Of a stretch of DNA of 64,000 nt, positions 55,657 through 64,000 are shown piece by piece. Made by a program: the position numbers and the translations under genes. Source of the stretch: an uncultured Acidobacteriota bacterium. GTDB taxonomy: Bacteria > Acidobacteriota > Vicinamibacteria > Vicinamibacterales > 2-12-FULL-66-21. The stretch spans positions 147,624 to 211,623 of the forward strand of contig CAVXUR010000008.1 in the NCBI GenBank assembly GCA_963764925.1, in the 5' to 3' direction. Below the pieces are notes generated by a model. It searched no databases, was not told the DNA's origin, and worked only from the letters and a program-made list of their open reading frames with translations. Each line of letters opens with the position of its first letter. Position 1 is the stretch's first letter.

Positions 55657-57852
55657 CTATCTCGGCTCGAGGATCACGCGAAGTGGAATCCGTTCCTCGC
55701 GACCGAGGCAGGATTTGCGGACGAAGGCAAACTGGTACGCTCCCGAAAACTCGATCGGCGGCAGCCAGCGGAACAAACTCTCCTCGCCGTCGAGAGACGC
55801 CCCGGGCGGAAGCGGTCCGGCGACGTCACCGGTCATGAGATACGCGGCGTAAGGTCCGCATCCTTCGGACCACCACCAGGTATCGAGCGCAACCTCCACA
55901 CGCTCGCCGCGTGCCTGACGGATTTCGTGCGTCTCGCCGCCAGCAAATCGAAGCGACCACGAGCCCTCATCCAGCCCATGGCGCTGCCAGAGGAGCGCGG
56001 TCGACTGCGGAATCCTCTGCACCGTCGCGGCGCTGCGCGCCTCGGCCGCCAAAGGCGCTGTGACCTGGCTTGCGGCGCCGTTGTTCACGCGGATGTAGCG
56101 GCTGCCAATCCCCTGGACGACGTTCTGATCGTCGCGCACAACCCAGACAATCGTCCGCATGCCATCGGCAAACTGCGTCGTATCGAGCGTGAACTGCGCC
56201 GCGGGCCCGTTGGCGTTCGGGTAGGTCGGAAACGGAAAGAGCGCCGCGACGTCGGGCCGCGCGAAACCGTAGCCGGCCAGGTTCGAACGTTCCGCGCCGT
56301 CGATGAAAAGACGAATCGTCGAGCCATCGAATGGAATCGATCGACCCGGCTGGGCGAGCACCCAGCCCTGGTTGTTCAGCATGCCGGACACGGTCGCGCC
56401 CTGACCCGGGACGTCAATCGTGCCGAATGGATAGGGCGAGCCGGTGTTGTCGAACGTAACCGTGGTCTGTCCAAGCCGTTGGCGGCCACCCTCGATATCT
56501 TCCGCGTAGGCCGACAGAACAAACGTTCCATTGCCCCCGTTTGGCAGCACGTTGGACAAGACCATCAGTCCCCACCCCGCACTTGTCACGCCAGGGTTGA
56601 ACGCCACGCCAAGGATGTCCGGTCGGGCGCCACGTACCCGGGTGCCTTCCCCGAGTAACACTTCTCCCTGCGGTTCTCCGGCCACCGAGTTGCGATAGAT
56701 CAGCACTCTGGCAATCCCGACATCGTCGATCGCCCAGCCACTCACTGCCACGGCTCCGCTCAATGCCGTCGCGCCTGGACGCGGGATGTCCAGAACGCCG
56801 AGCGGCGCAGTCGTCGTCGACGTGGCGTCGGTGATGCGCAGCTGGACGCGGATCGACATCGGCGTGCTGGGCGCCGCGGACGATGTGATGTTGATCGTGC
56901 CTTCGTATGTCCCCCTGGACAGGACGCCGGCACCAGCGGGGTCGATCGATATCGTCGCCGTTGACGGACTGGTCCCGGCGGCCGGGGACAGCATCAGCCA
57001 TGGCTCGGACGCGCTGGCCGTCCACGTGGCCGCAGGGTTTTCGGTGTTGGTGATGCGGATCGGTTCGGGCGGCGACATGTGGGCAGCTCCCGAACCTGGG
57101 CGATGGATGGCGAACAAATGGCCGTTGAAAGGCGCGTCGGTCGCAACGGGAGACCCGTTCTGGGTGATTGCGACTCCTGGAGCAAAGGAGAAGGTCACGA
57201 AACTCGAAACGTAGATGTTCCGCCCCACTGGCTGCTGCGTCGTATTCGGAACAACGGAGAAGGTCACCGTCGCCGGGAAGGTGCTGCCACTTCCTCCCGA
57301 GGTGACGGTCACGCCGTCGGTCGGAAGCACGTTATAGGAGCAAGGCGAGCCGGTCGTCGAGACTGTAAAGCTCCCCGTGCCGCCGTTGGCAGGGATGAGG
57401 GCTGGAGAGACGGCAGAGAGCGTCAGCGGGCACGGGTTCGGAGCCTGCGACACCGCCAAGGGTTGACCACCGAACCTGAGTATGAAATTTCGAGGTGCGC
57501 TCGCATTGTTCTCGAAAAAAGTCAGCGAAACCGTTACTGGACCTGTGCCGCTCAACGGCGACGGAAGGCCGATCCAAGGCGGAACTTGAGGAATCGGCGC
57601 CATGTTGGAGAAGAAGATCCCCTCAAACGTCCACTGGCAATTGCTCGACGAGGTAAGCACGTTGATCGTGACTGGATTACCGGGAGGTGCACCCGCGGCC
57701 GGAATACTCAGTGTCGCCGGGCTGAACCCTGTGACGCAGCCCGGTTGCGCGATCGCGACGTCACTCGTGAGCGACACCAGCCAGAACGCAGCGACGCCGG
57801 TGAGCGGTATGGCCCGAAGCACTGCGCGCATAACGAGGCTCCTTGACACCAT
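55657..57852 (-). CDS. island protein E: secreted BACON-like/Ig protein with two GWA...RPDV modules (intact)
   Basis: This is ORF 55657..58002 trimmed to MVSRSLVMRAVLRAIPLTGVAAFWLVSLTSDVAIAQ (ATG 57852). It contains ...ALSGAVAVSGWAIDDVGIARVLIY...GARPDILG...AGWGLMVLSNVLPNGGNGTF...PFGTIDVPGQGATVSG...ARPDVAALFP.... Confidence 0.82.
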   Translation of the reverse strand: MVSRSLVMRAVLRAIPLTGVAAFWLVSLTSDVAIAQPGCVTGFSPATLSIPAAGAPPGNPVTINVLTSSSNCQWTFEGIFFSNMAPIPQVPPWIGLPSPLSGTGPVTVSLTFFENNASAPRNFILRFGGQPLAVSQAPNPCPLTLSAVSPALIPANGGTGSFTVSTTGSPCSYNVLPTDGVTVTSGGSGSTFPATVTFSVVPNTTQQPVGRNIYVSSFVTFSFAPGVAITQNGSPVATDAPFNGHLFAIHRPGSGAAHMSPPEPIRITNTENPAATWTASASEPWLMLSPAAGTSPSTATISIDPAGAGVLSRGTYEGTINITSSAAPSTPMSIRVQLRITDATSTTTAPLGVLDIPRPGATALSGAVAVSGWAIDDVGIARVLIYRNSVAGEPQGEVLLGEGTRVRGARPDILGVAFNPGVTSAGWGLMVLSNVLPNGGNGTFVLSAYAEDIEGGRQRLGQTTVTFDNTGSPYPFGTIDVPGQGATVSGMLNNQGWVLAQPGRSIPFDGSTIRLFIDGAERSNLAGYGFARPDVAALFPFPTYPNANGPAAQFTLDTTQFADGMRTIVWVVRDDQNVVQGIGSRYIRVNNGAASQVTAPLAAEARSAATVQRIPQSTALLWQRHGLDEGSWSLRFAGGETHEIRQARGERVEVALDTWWWSEGCGPYAAYLMTGDVAGPLPPGASLDGEESLFRWLPPIEFSGAYQFAFVRKSCLGREERIPLRVILEPR

Positions 57853-57890
57853 CAACGCCCGGCGAACGGGCAGGGCCAAACCGACGGCAA

Positions 57891-60068
57891 TTACTTCGAT
57901 CCTATAACGAGGCGCAGTGGAATTCGTTCTTCCCGGCCGCTGCAGGCCTGCCTGACGAACACAAATTCGTAAGTACCTGAAAACTCCAGCGGCGGCAGCC
58001 ATCGGAAGAGGCCGTGCTCGGCGTCGAGAGACGCCCCGGCTGGCAGTGGGGCCGCGACGTCACCAGTCATCAGATAACCGCCGTACGGTCCACAGCCCTC
58101 GGACCACCACGCCGTATCGAGCGCGACCTCCACCCTCTCGCCGCGCGCCGTCCGGATCTCATGCACCACGCCCTCTGCAAACCGAAGCGACCACGGTCCC
58201 TCGTCGAGGCCCAGACGCTCCCAAACGAGCGCTCGCGCTGGTCGGATCGCCCTGACGTCAGCGGCGCTCCGCGCTTCGAGCGTGACCGATTGAAGGCCCT
58301 GGCTGGCGCTGCCGTTCTGGATGTCGATGTATCGGCTGCCGATGCCCTGGAGAACTCCCAGATCATCGCGGACGGCCCACACGATCGTGTGCAGACCGTC
58401 GGTCCACTGCGCGGTGTCGAAGGTGAACTGCGCCGCAGGCCCGTTCGCGTTCGCATATGTCGGCAGCGGAAAGAGCGCCAAGACATCCGGCCTCGCGAAT
58501 CCGTACGCGGCCGCGTTCGGTTGTTCGACGCCGTCGATGAACAGTCGAATCGTCGAACCGTTGAACGGGATGGAGCGCCCGGGCTGCGCAAGAACCCAGC
58601 CCTGGTTGTTGTAGGTCCCGGCTACCGTAGCGCCTTGACCCGGCAGGTCGATCGTCCCGAACGGAAACGGCGATCCTGTGTTGTCGAAGGTCACGGTCTT
58701 TCGGCCGAGCAGCGAACGACGGCCCTCGACGTCGTCGGCATAGGCCGACAAGGTGAAGGTACCGTTCCCGCCGTTCGGCAGCATGTTGGAGAGGACCATC
58801 AGGCCCCAACCCGCCGACGTTGCGCCTGGTGTGAAGCCGAAGAACTGCGACGCTACGACGTCGGGTCTGGCGCCGCGCACACGCGTGCCGTCCCCGAGAT
58901 AGATTTCGCCGGCGGGCTCGCCCGCCACGGCGTTGCGATAAATCTGCACGCGGGAAATCCCGACGTCGTCGACTGCCCACCCGCTGACTGGCACCGCACC
59001 GCTGAGACCGGTCGCTCCGTTCACCGGAATGTCGACCACTCCGAACGGCGGAGTCGTCACCGACGTCTCGTCGGTCACGTTCAGCGACAGGCGCAGTGTG
59101 AGCGGACTGCTCGGAGCCACCGGGGAGCTGAGGCTGATGGTTGCGGCATAGGTGCCCCGTGCCAGGCCAGCCACAACGGACGGATTCACCGAGATCACAG
59201 CCGTCGAGGGGCTCGTTCCAGTAGCAGGCGTGACGTCCAGCCATGGGTCCGAGGCCGTTGCGGTCCAGGTCGCGGTGGGATTCTCCGCATTCGTGATCCG
59301 TATCGGCTCGGGTGATGAGACGAACGCCGGCCCTGTGGCGGGCCGATGCACCGCAAGCAGGGAACCCAGCCTAGGCGCATCGGTCGCGACTGGAGGACCG
59401 TTCTGCAGAATGCTGACGCCGGGAAACATGACGGGCGTCGGCGAGGGAGAAACCGTGACCGCACGAGTCAGCGGGCCACCACTGGTGTTTGGCGCGACGG
59501 AGAATCCAACGGCGGCTGGAAACGTGCTGCCGGTAGCGCCCGTTGTGATGGTCACGCCATCGCCCGGGAACGCGTAGTACGAACAGCCGGAGCCAGCGGT
59601 GTTCACGGTGAAAGTGCCGGTGCCTCCGTTGGCCGGAATGCGCGCTGGCGAGGGGCCTGAGAACGTGAACTGACAGAGATTCACCGGCTGCGTCAGCGTG
59701 ATCGTCTGGCCTCCGTAGATGAACGTCACATCGCGAGGCGCGGTTCCGGTGTTTGGTGTCACGAACCCGATTGACACCGTTCCCGATCCCGTCCCGGAAA
59801 GTGGCTGAGGGTAGGACATCCAGGGTGGGGGCAGTGGAAACGGGCCGTTCGGTGTTGCGACGCCTTCAAAATTCCACGTGCACGTGTCCGATGACGTGAG
59901 GACAGTGAACGTGAGGGGAGTCGCGGTACCCGCCGGCGGCATGATGATGGAGGTCGGATTGAAGCCAGTTACGCAACCTTGACGCCCGTACGCGACATCG
60001 CTGGTGAGCCACACGACGCTCAGCGCCATCATCGCAGCGATCGCCGCCCTCCGAACTGCCGTCCACAT
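57891..60068 (-). CDS. island protein F: tandem paralogue of E (intact)
   Basis: This is ORF 57891..60149 trimmed to MWTAVRRAAIAAMMALSVVWLTSDVAYG (ATG 60068). It is colinear with E throughout, for example GLSGAVPVSGWAVDDVGISRVQIY, AGWGLMVLSNMLPNGGNGTF and PFGTIDLPGQGATVAG. Confidence 0.82.
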   Translation of the reverse strand: MWTAVRRAAIAAMMALSVVWLTSDVAYGRQGCVTGFNPTSIIMPPAGTATPLTFTVLTSSDTCTWNFEGVATPNGPFPLPPPWMSYPQPLSGTGSGTVSIGFVTPNTGTAPRDVTFIYGGQTITLTQPVNLCQFTFSGPSPARIPANGGTGTFTVNTAGSGCSYYAFPGDGVTITTGATGSTFPAAVGFSVAPNTSGGPLTRAVTVSPSPTPVMFPGVSILQNGPPVATDAPRLGSLLAVHRPATGPAFVSSPEPIRITNAENPTATWTATASDPWLDVTPATGTSPSTAVISVNPSVVAGLARGTYAATISLSSPVAPSSPLTLRLSLNVTDETSVTTPPFGVVDIPVNGATGLSGAVPVSGWAVDDVGISRVQIYRNAVAGEPAGEIYLGDGTRVRGARPDVVASQFFGFTPGATSAGWGLMVLSNMLPNGGNGTFTLSAYADDVEGRRSLLGRKTVTFDNTGSPFPFGTIDLPGQGATVAGTYNNQGWVLAQPGRSIPFNGSTIRLFIDGVEQPNAAAYGFARPDVLALFPLPTYANANGPAAQFTFDTAQWTDGLHTIVWAVRDDLGVLQGIGSRYIDIQNGSASQGLQSVTLEARSAADVRAIRPARALVWERLGLDEGPWSLRFAEGVVHEIRTARGERVEVALDTAWWSEGCGPYGGYLMTGDVAAPLPAGASLDAEHGLFRWLPPLEFSGTYEFVFVRQACSGREERIPLRLVIGSK

Positions 60069-60270
60069 TGCTAACGTCCTCCCTGCGTCGAGACTCGACC
60101 GGACAGACCCGCCGGTATCCTTAACGGCTATACCGTAGTTTCGGCACATTCGTACGTGACTCGCTCGGTCAGGAAGTCACGAGAAGCGGCACCCAACTTG
60201 CACGGAGCCGCTCGACCGAGCACACACGGCAGGCTAATACTTCTAATACTTAAGGTTGGAGCTCAGGAGA

Positions 60271-62211
60271 ATGTCAAATCTGCCAGGCCGTTGGCTAACC
60301 GCAGCGTTCTCTATGGCGGTCATGCTGACCGCGTCACCGACGCACGCGCAACTCACGTCGACGATTTACGTGTCTGGTCTTTCCAATCCGGTCGCGTTCG
60401 TCCAGGATCCGTCGAACGCCGCCGTTCAGTACGTCGTGCAGCAGCGCGGCCTGATCCGGGTCGTGCAGAACGGCACCCTCCTGCCGACGGCCTTCTTGAA
60501 CCTCACCAGCTCACTCGCCCAGGCCAGCGAACAGGGGCTGCTCGGCCTGGCGTTTCCACCCAATTACGGATCGAGTGGACGCTTCTACGTCTGCTTCACG
60601 AACACCGCTGGACATATTGTCGTCGCGAGATTCAACCGATCGAATAGCAACCCGCTCGTTGCCAACACTGCCTCCAGGCTCGACTTCCAATGGCCGAACG
60701 GTGATCGATTCATCTTTCATCCCTTCTCGAATCACAACGGCGGCAACCTCGCGTTCGGACCCGATGGCCTCCTCTACGTCGGTATGGGAGACGGCGGCGA
60801 CAGCAACGATCCCGGTCATCTGGCGCAGACGCCGGGCAGCCTTCTTGGCAAGATGCTGCGACTCGACGTCTCGGTCCCGGACGGCGACCCCAGGGGCTAC
60901 GCCGTGCCGCCATCGAACCCATTCGTCGGGCAGCCGGGCTACCTCGGAGAAATCTGGAGCTTCGGTCTGCGCAACCCCTGGCGCTGGAGTTTTGACGACC
61001 CCGCGCTCGGCGGGAACGGCGCGATGCTCATCGGGGACGTCGGGCAGAGCGCGCGCGAGGAAATCGATTACGAGCCGGCCGGGCGCGGTGGGCGGAACTA
61101 TGGGTGGCGGAACCGTGAAGGCACGCTGCCCAATATCATCGACCCGGCACCGGCGTTTGGACCGCTGATAGATCCCATCTTCGAGTACGGTCGCGGCGAC
61201 GGCACGGTCGTCACCGGCGGGATCGTCTATCGCGGAAGCGCGCTTGGCGCCGCCTACCGCGGGCGCTACTTCTTCGCAGATTTCGGTTCACGCCGCATCT
61301 GGTCGCTGGCGTTGACTATCAATCCCGCGACCGGTGAGGCAACGGCCGCAGGACTCGTCGAGCACACCGCGGAGTTGGGTGGGACCGCGGCCCTGGGAAA
61401 TATCTCGTCGTTCGGCGTCGATCGGTCGGGGGAACTGTATCTCTGCAGCTTCAACGGCGTCATTCACCGCATCGGCCCTGGCGCCCGCGGGCCCAGCCCG
61501 CTGATGAACATCGATCTCCCCGCCCAGGGTGCAGTCGTGGCGCAGCCCTTCGTGCTTGCGGGATGGGCCTTCGACGCCAGCGCACCTAGCGGCACCGGCA
61601 TCAGCACGATCCACGTCTGGGCGTTTCAAAGTCAACCGTGGGACTACTACCTGGCAGTGCCAGCGTTCGTCGGCGTACCAAACTTCGGCAGCCGTCCTGA
61701 TGTCGGCGCGGCATTCGGCACACAATTCACGCCATCGGGTTTCGGGCTAGTCGTTTCAGGCCTGCCGCCAGGCGCCTATCAGCTCGCGTTGTTCGGGTGG
61801 GTCGATGCGATCGGTGGGTTCGGCATCGTTCGGACCGTCGACGTCACGATTGTCTCGAGCACGCAGCTCGCAATCGACCTTCCGCCGAATTTCTCGACGG
61901 TCAATCAGCCGTTCCACGTTGCGGGATGGTCGATCGACACCGCCGCGGCCAGCGGAACAGGCATCGATACGATTCATGTCTGGGCCCATCCAACGACTGG
62001 TGGACCTCCAGTATTCGTCGGTGTACCCGCGCTCGGTGGGATTCGGCCTGATGTCGCCGCAGTCTTCGGAAACGCGCGCTACGGGCCGAGCGGTTACAAC
62101 ATGGCAGCCTCGGGCCTGGCGCCTGGAACCTATGACCTGGTCGTCTACACACACAGCACCGTGACCAACGACTTCTCCGCGGCACAGTCCGTTCGCGTGA
62201 CGGTCCGGTGA
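60271..62211 (+). CDS. PQQ-dependent sugar dehydrogenase-like beta-propeller fused to two C-terminal GWA...RPDV modules (GSDH-2, paralogue of 40096..42006)
   Basis: ATG 60271 is preceded by AGGAGA. The signal peptide is MSNLPGRWLTAAFSMAVMLTASPTHAQ. Propeller motifs are NHNGGNLAFGPDGLLYVGMGDGG, GLRNPWRW and NYGWRNREG. Two C-terminal modules follow, and the protein ends SVRVTVR. Confidence 0.82.
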   Translation: MSNLPGRWLTAAFSMAVMLTASPTHAQLTSTIYVSGLSNPVAFVQDPSNAAVQYVVQQRGLIRVVQNGTLLPTAFLNLTSSLAQASEQGLLGLAFPPNYGSSGRFYVCFTNTAGHIVVARFNRSNSNPLVANTASRLDFQWPNGDRFIFHPFSNHNGGNLAFGPDGLLYVGMGDGGDSNDPGHLAQTPGSLLGKMLRLDVSVPDGDPRGYAVPPSNPFVGQPGYLGEIWSFGLRNPWRWSFDDPALGGNGAMLIGDVGQSAREEIDYEPAGRGGRNYGWRNREGTLPNIIDPAPAFGPLIDPIFEYGRGDGTVVTGGIVYRGSALGAAYRGRYFFADFGSRRIWSLALTINPATGEATAAGLVEHTAELGGTAALGNISSFGVDRSGELYLCSFNGVIHRIGPGARGPSPLMNIDLPAQGAVVAQPFVLAGWAFDASAPSGTGISTIHVWAFQSQPWDYYLAVPAFVGVPNFGSRPDVGAAFGTQFTPSGFGLVVSGLPPGAYQLALFGWVDAIGGFGIVRTVDVTIVSSTQLAIDLPPNFSTVNQPFHVAGWSIDTAAASGTGIDTIHVWAHPTTGGPPVFVGVPALGGIRPDVAAVFGNARYGPSGYNMAASGLAPGTYDLVVYTHSTVTNDFSAAQSVRVTVR

Positions 62212-62213
62212 GC

Positions 62214-64000
62214 CTATCGACTCCGGATCGTGACGATCACAGGAAGGCGCTCCTCCTGCCCGCTGCAATCGGTGCGGACAAAGAGCAACGGAAAGCGCCC
62301 GGCGAAGCCGGGTCCGGGCTGCCAGTAGAACGTGCCTGAGGGATCGAGCGACGCGCCCACGGGGAGGTCGCTCAGTACCTCATCTCTGACCAGGTATCCG
62401 GCCCAGGTGCCGCCGCACCTCTTGGATGGTGTCTCGAGCGCGAGCTCGAGCCGCTCGAGCGGTGCCATCGTCACCGCGCGCGGCAGGTCGCGGGCGGCGC
62501 GGAGCACCCGCCGCGCACCGATGTCCCGCTGCACCGTGACGTCGTCCTCGCTCACGGGAACCGTGTCGAGACTTGCCGCGCGCCGCTGGCTGTGCGGCGC
62601 AGCCGCCACCCCTACGGGCGTCGCCGCGGGCTCCGCCGCCACTGCCACGTCGCTGGACGCGTGCTCGTTCGATATATTCCCGTGTCCCGGCGGCTGGGCG
62701 TCGGCGGAATTGGCCACAGAGAAGTAACGGCTCCCGATTCCCGACGTGGCGAGACGCGTGTCGGTCACGGTCCAGGAGATTGTGTGCAACCCTTCGGCGA
62801 GCCCCGTCGTGTCGATGGCCCGATAGCCGACCGGCCCATTCGTATTCGCCAAACCAGGAAACGCACCAGACACGTCGGGCCTGAACAGGTTGTAAGTAGG
62901 ATTGCCTATGGGTGCACCGTCGACAACGACCTGGATGGTCGAGCCATCAGTGGGAATCATCGCCGGCTGGGGCGTGAACGCCCAGCCCCAGTTCAGATAG
63001 TTCGGCCCGGCGATCGTCTCGCCCTGCGCCGGCGCATCAATCGTCCCGAACGGCTGCGTGGCTGTCGCGTTGAGCCCGAACAGCGTCCGCGACCCCAGCA
63101 ACGTCTGGCGTCCCTCGACATCCTCCGCGACGACATGAATCCGGAATCCGCCCGTCCCTTGGTTCGGGAGCATGTTCGTCAGAATCATGAACCCAAACCC
63201 GGCTCGGTGATTGAGTGGTGTCGTCGGATACGCCTGCTGAACGTCAGGGCGCGCCCCCGGCACGAACACCGCGGTACCCAGAAAGACGACCCCGGCCGGC
63301 TCGGTGCCCTGCGCATCGCGGTAGATCTGCACGCGCGCGACCTCCAGATCGTCGAGCGCCCACCCCCCCACCGCGATCGCGCCGCTGACCTGCGCGCCAT
63401 TCAACGGCAGGTCCAAGGCACCAAACGGTGGCACAGACCCTAGGCCCGCTTGACGTACCGTGAATACGCGGCGGCCGATCGTGAGAGTTGCCGTCCGAGA
63501 CGCGAATCCGGAATTCGTATTCACGAGCAGCGCGATCTGGCCGGGCGTGTTCGACTGGACGTTGACAAACGAGGTGTCGCCCGTGACCGCCTGTGAGCCG
63601 CAGGCATCGGCGATCGAGACGACGACGGTGCCACCTGAAGCGGGGACGGTCGCGCTCGACGGCGAGAGCGTGAACGCGCACTCCTGGACGTCCAGGGTAT
63701 ACGTCCGCGAGGTGGCGCACGCGTTGGCGTCTCTGGCAGCGACCGTGAAGAGATGTCGGCCTGACACATCCAGTGTCCCGGAGAGCACGCCGCTCGCAGC
63801 GTCTAGCGTCAGCCCCGACGGCAAGACGCCGGTAGTCACCTGGAACGCAAACGGCCCCGAACCACCACTCGTCGACAGCACCTGCCGATAGGAACGCCCG
63901 GTAACGCCTGTTGCGAGCAGCGCCGGTGACATCGTCATGGCCGTGCACGACGCCAGCGTGAAGTTGACACCGGCTGTGATCGCGCCATTTGTAATGGCGA
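62214..64000 (-). CDS. island protein G: putative-Ig (LPSGLTLDxxSGxLSGT) and BACON-like domains with two GWA...RPDV modules; the 5' end runs off the window
   Basis: The frame of ORF 62214..63938 stays open upstream of the listed Met to position 64000 (...AITNGAITAGVNFTLASCTA-MTMSP...). It contains GAIAVGGWALDDLEVARVQIY, GARPDVQQAYP, AGFGFMILTNMLPNQGTGGF and PFGTIDAPAQGETIAG. Its stop lies 2 nt from the GSDH-2 stop. Confidence 0.8.
   Translation of the reverse strand, partial: AITNGAITAGVNFTLASCTAMTMSPALLATGVTGRSYRQVLSTSGGSGPFAFQVTTGVLPSGLTLDAASGVLSGTLDVSGRHLFTVAARDANACATSRTYTLDVQECAFTLSPSSATVPASGGTVVVSIADACGSQAVTGDTSFVNVQSNTPGQIALLVNTNSGFASRTATLTIGRRVFTVRQAGLGSVPPFGALDLPLNGAQVSGAIAVGGWALDDLEVARVQIYRDAQGTEPAGVVFLGTAVFVPGARPDVQQAYPTTPLNHRAGFGFMILTNMLPNQGTGGFRIHVVAEDVEGRQTLLGSRTLFGLNATATQPFGTIDAPAQGETIAGPNYLNWGWAFTPQPAMIPTDGSTIQVVVDGAPIGNPTYNLFRPDVSGAFPGLANTNGPVGYRAIDTTGLAEGLHTISWTVTDTRLATSGIGSRYFSVANSADAQPPGHGNISNEHASSDVAVAAEPAATPVGVAAAPHSQRRAASLDTVPVSEDDVTVQRDIGARRVLRAARDLPRAVTMAPLERLELALETPSKRCGGTWAGYLVRDEVLSDLPVGASLDPSGTFYWQPGPGFAGRFPLLFVRTDCSGQEERLPVIVTIRSR

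Noticed and set aside
40096-64000. The secreted-protein island considered as a mobile genomic island, prophage or integrative element
   Set aside because: No integrase, transposase, phage gene or flanking direct repeat was seen. No tRNA lies at the boundary, since the only tRNA is at 4922-4996. By eye, composition and codon usage match the rest of the window.

Overview
This is a visibly GC-rich bacterial chromosomal window. Gene content and repeat types suggest a Gram-negative soil lineage such as Acidobacteriota, but that assignment is inference only.

**Left third (1-18.6 kb).** A housekeeping minus-strand string runs dnaB < rplI < rpsR < rpsF < pth < rplY < prs < tRNA-Gln < ispE < lolB-like < TPR. 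It is followed by an envelope-glycan block (Trm112-like, GT9 heptosyltransferase, O-antigen-ligase family, heptose-7-P kinase, ArnT/PMT-like GT), then purH, cspA, two hypotheticals and selA.

**Middle (18.8-40 kb).** The complex I operon reads nuoA-B-C-[gmhA]-D-E-F-H-J-K-L-M-N, with no nuoG and no nuoI. After it come GT4, thiS, thiG, a coiled-coil methyltransferase, a second O-antigen-ligase-like protein, GT2 and GT4.

**Right 24 kb (40.1-64.0 kb).** This is the most unusual part. Nine large signal-peptide-bearing paralogues are built from one repeated ~100-aa module (D-x-P ... G-W-A ... R-P-D-V); I count about 22 copies. The module is fused to different heads:
- three matrixin-like HExxHxxGxxH proteases
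- two PQQ-sugar-dehydrogenase-like beta-propellers
- one NxxGxxAF-repeat protein
- BACON-like Ig proteins

**Intergenic repeats.** Intergenic spaces hold several repeat families:
- heptamer-periodic inverted repeats sharing a TCAG core
- two REP-like hairpin families, nested or paired
- a 45-bp tandem array read in frame as a tail on nuoM

**Frame disruptions.** More than 30 single-base frame disruptions are present and they are clustered. They hit essential genes (purH, nuoA, nuoC, nuoN, thiG) as well as the glycan and island genes. Many calls below therefore span two or more ORF-track fragments, and frameshift positions are approximate (about +/-10 nt).

No transposase, integrase, CRISPR array or recognisable defence system was seen.
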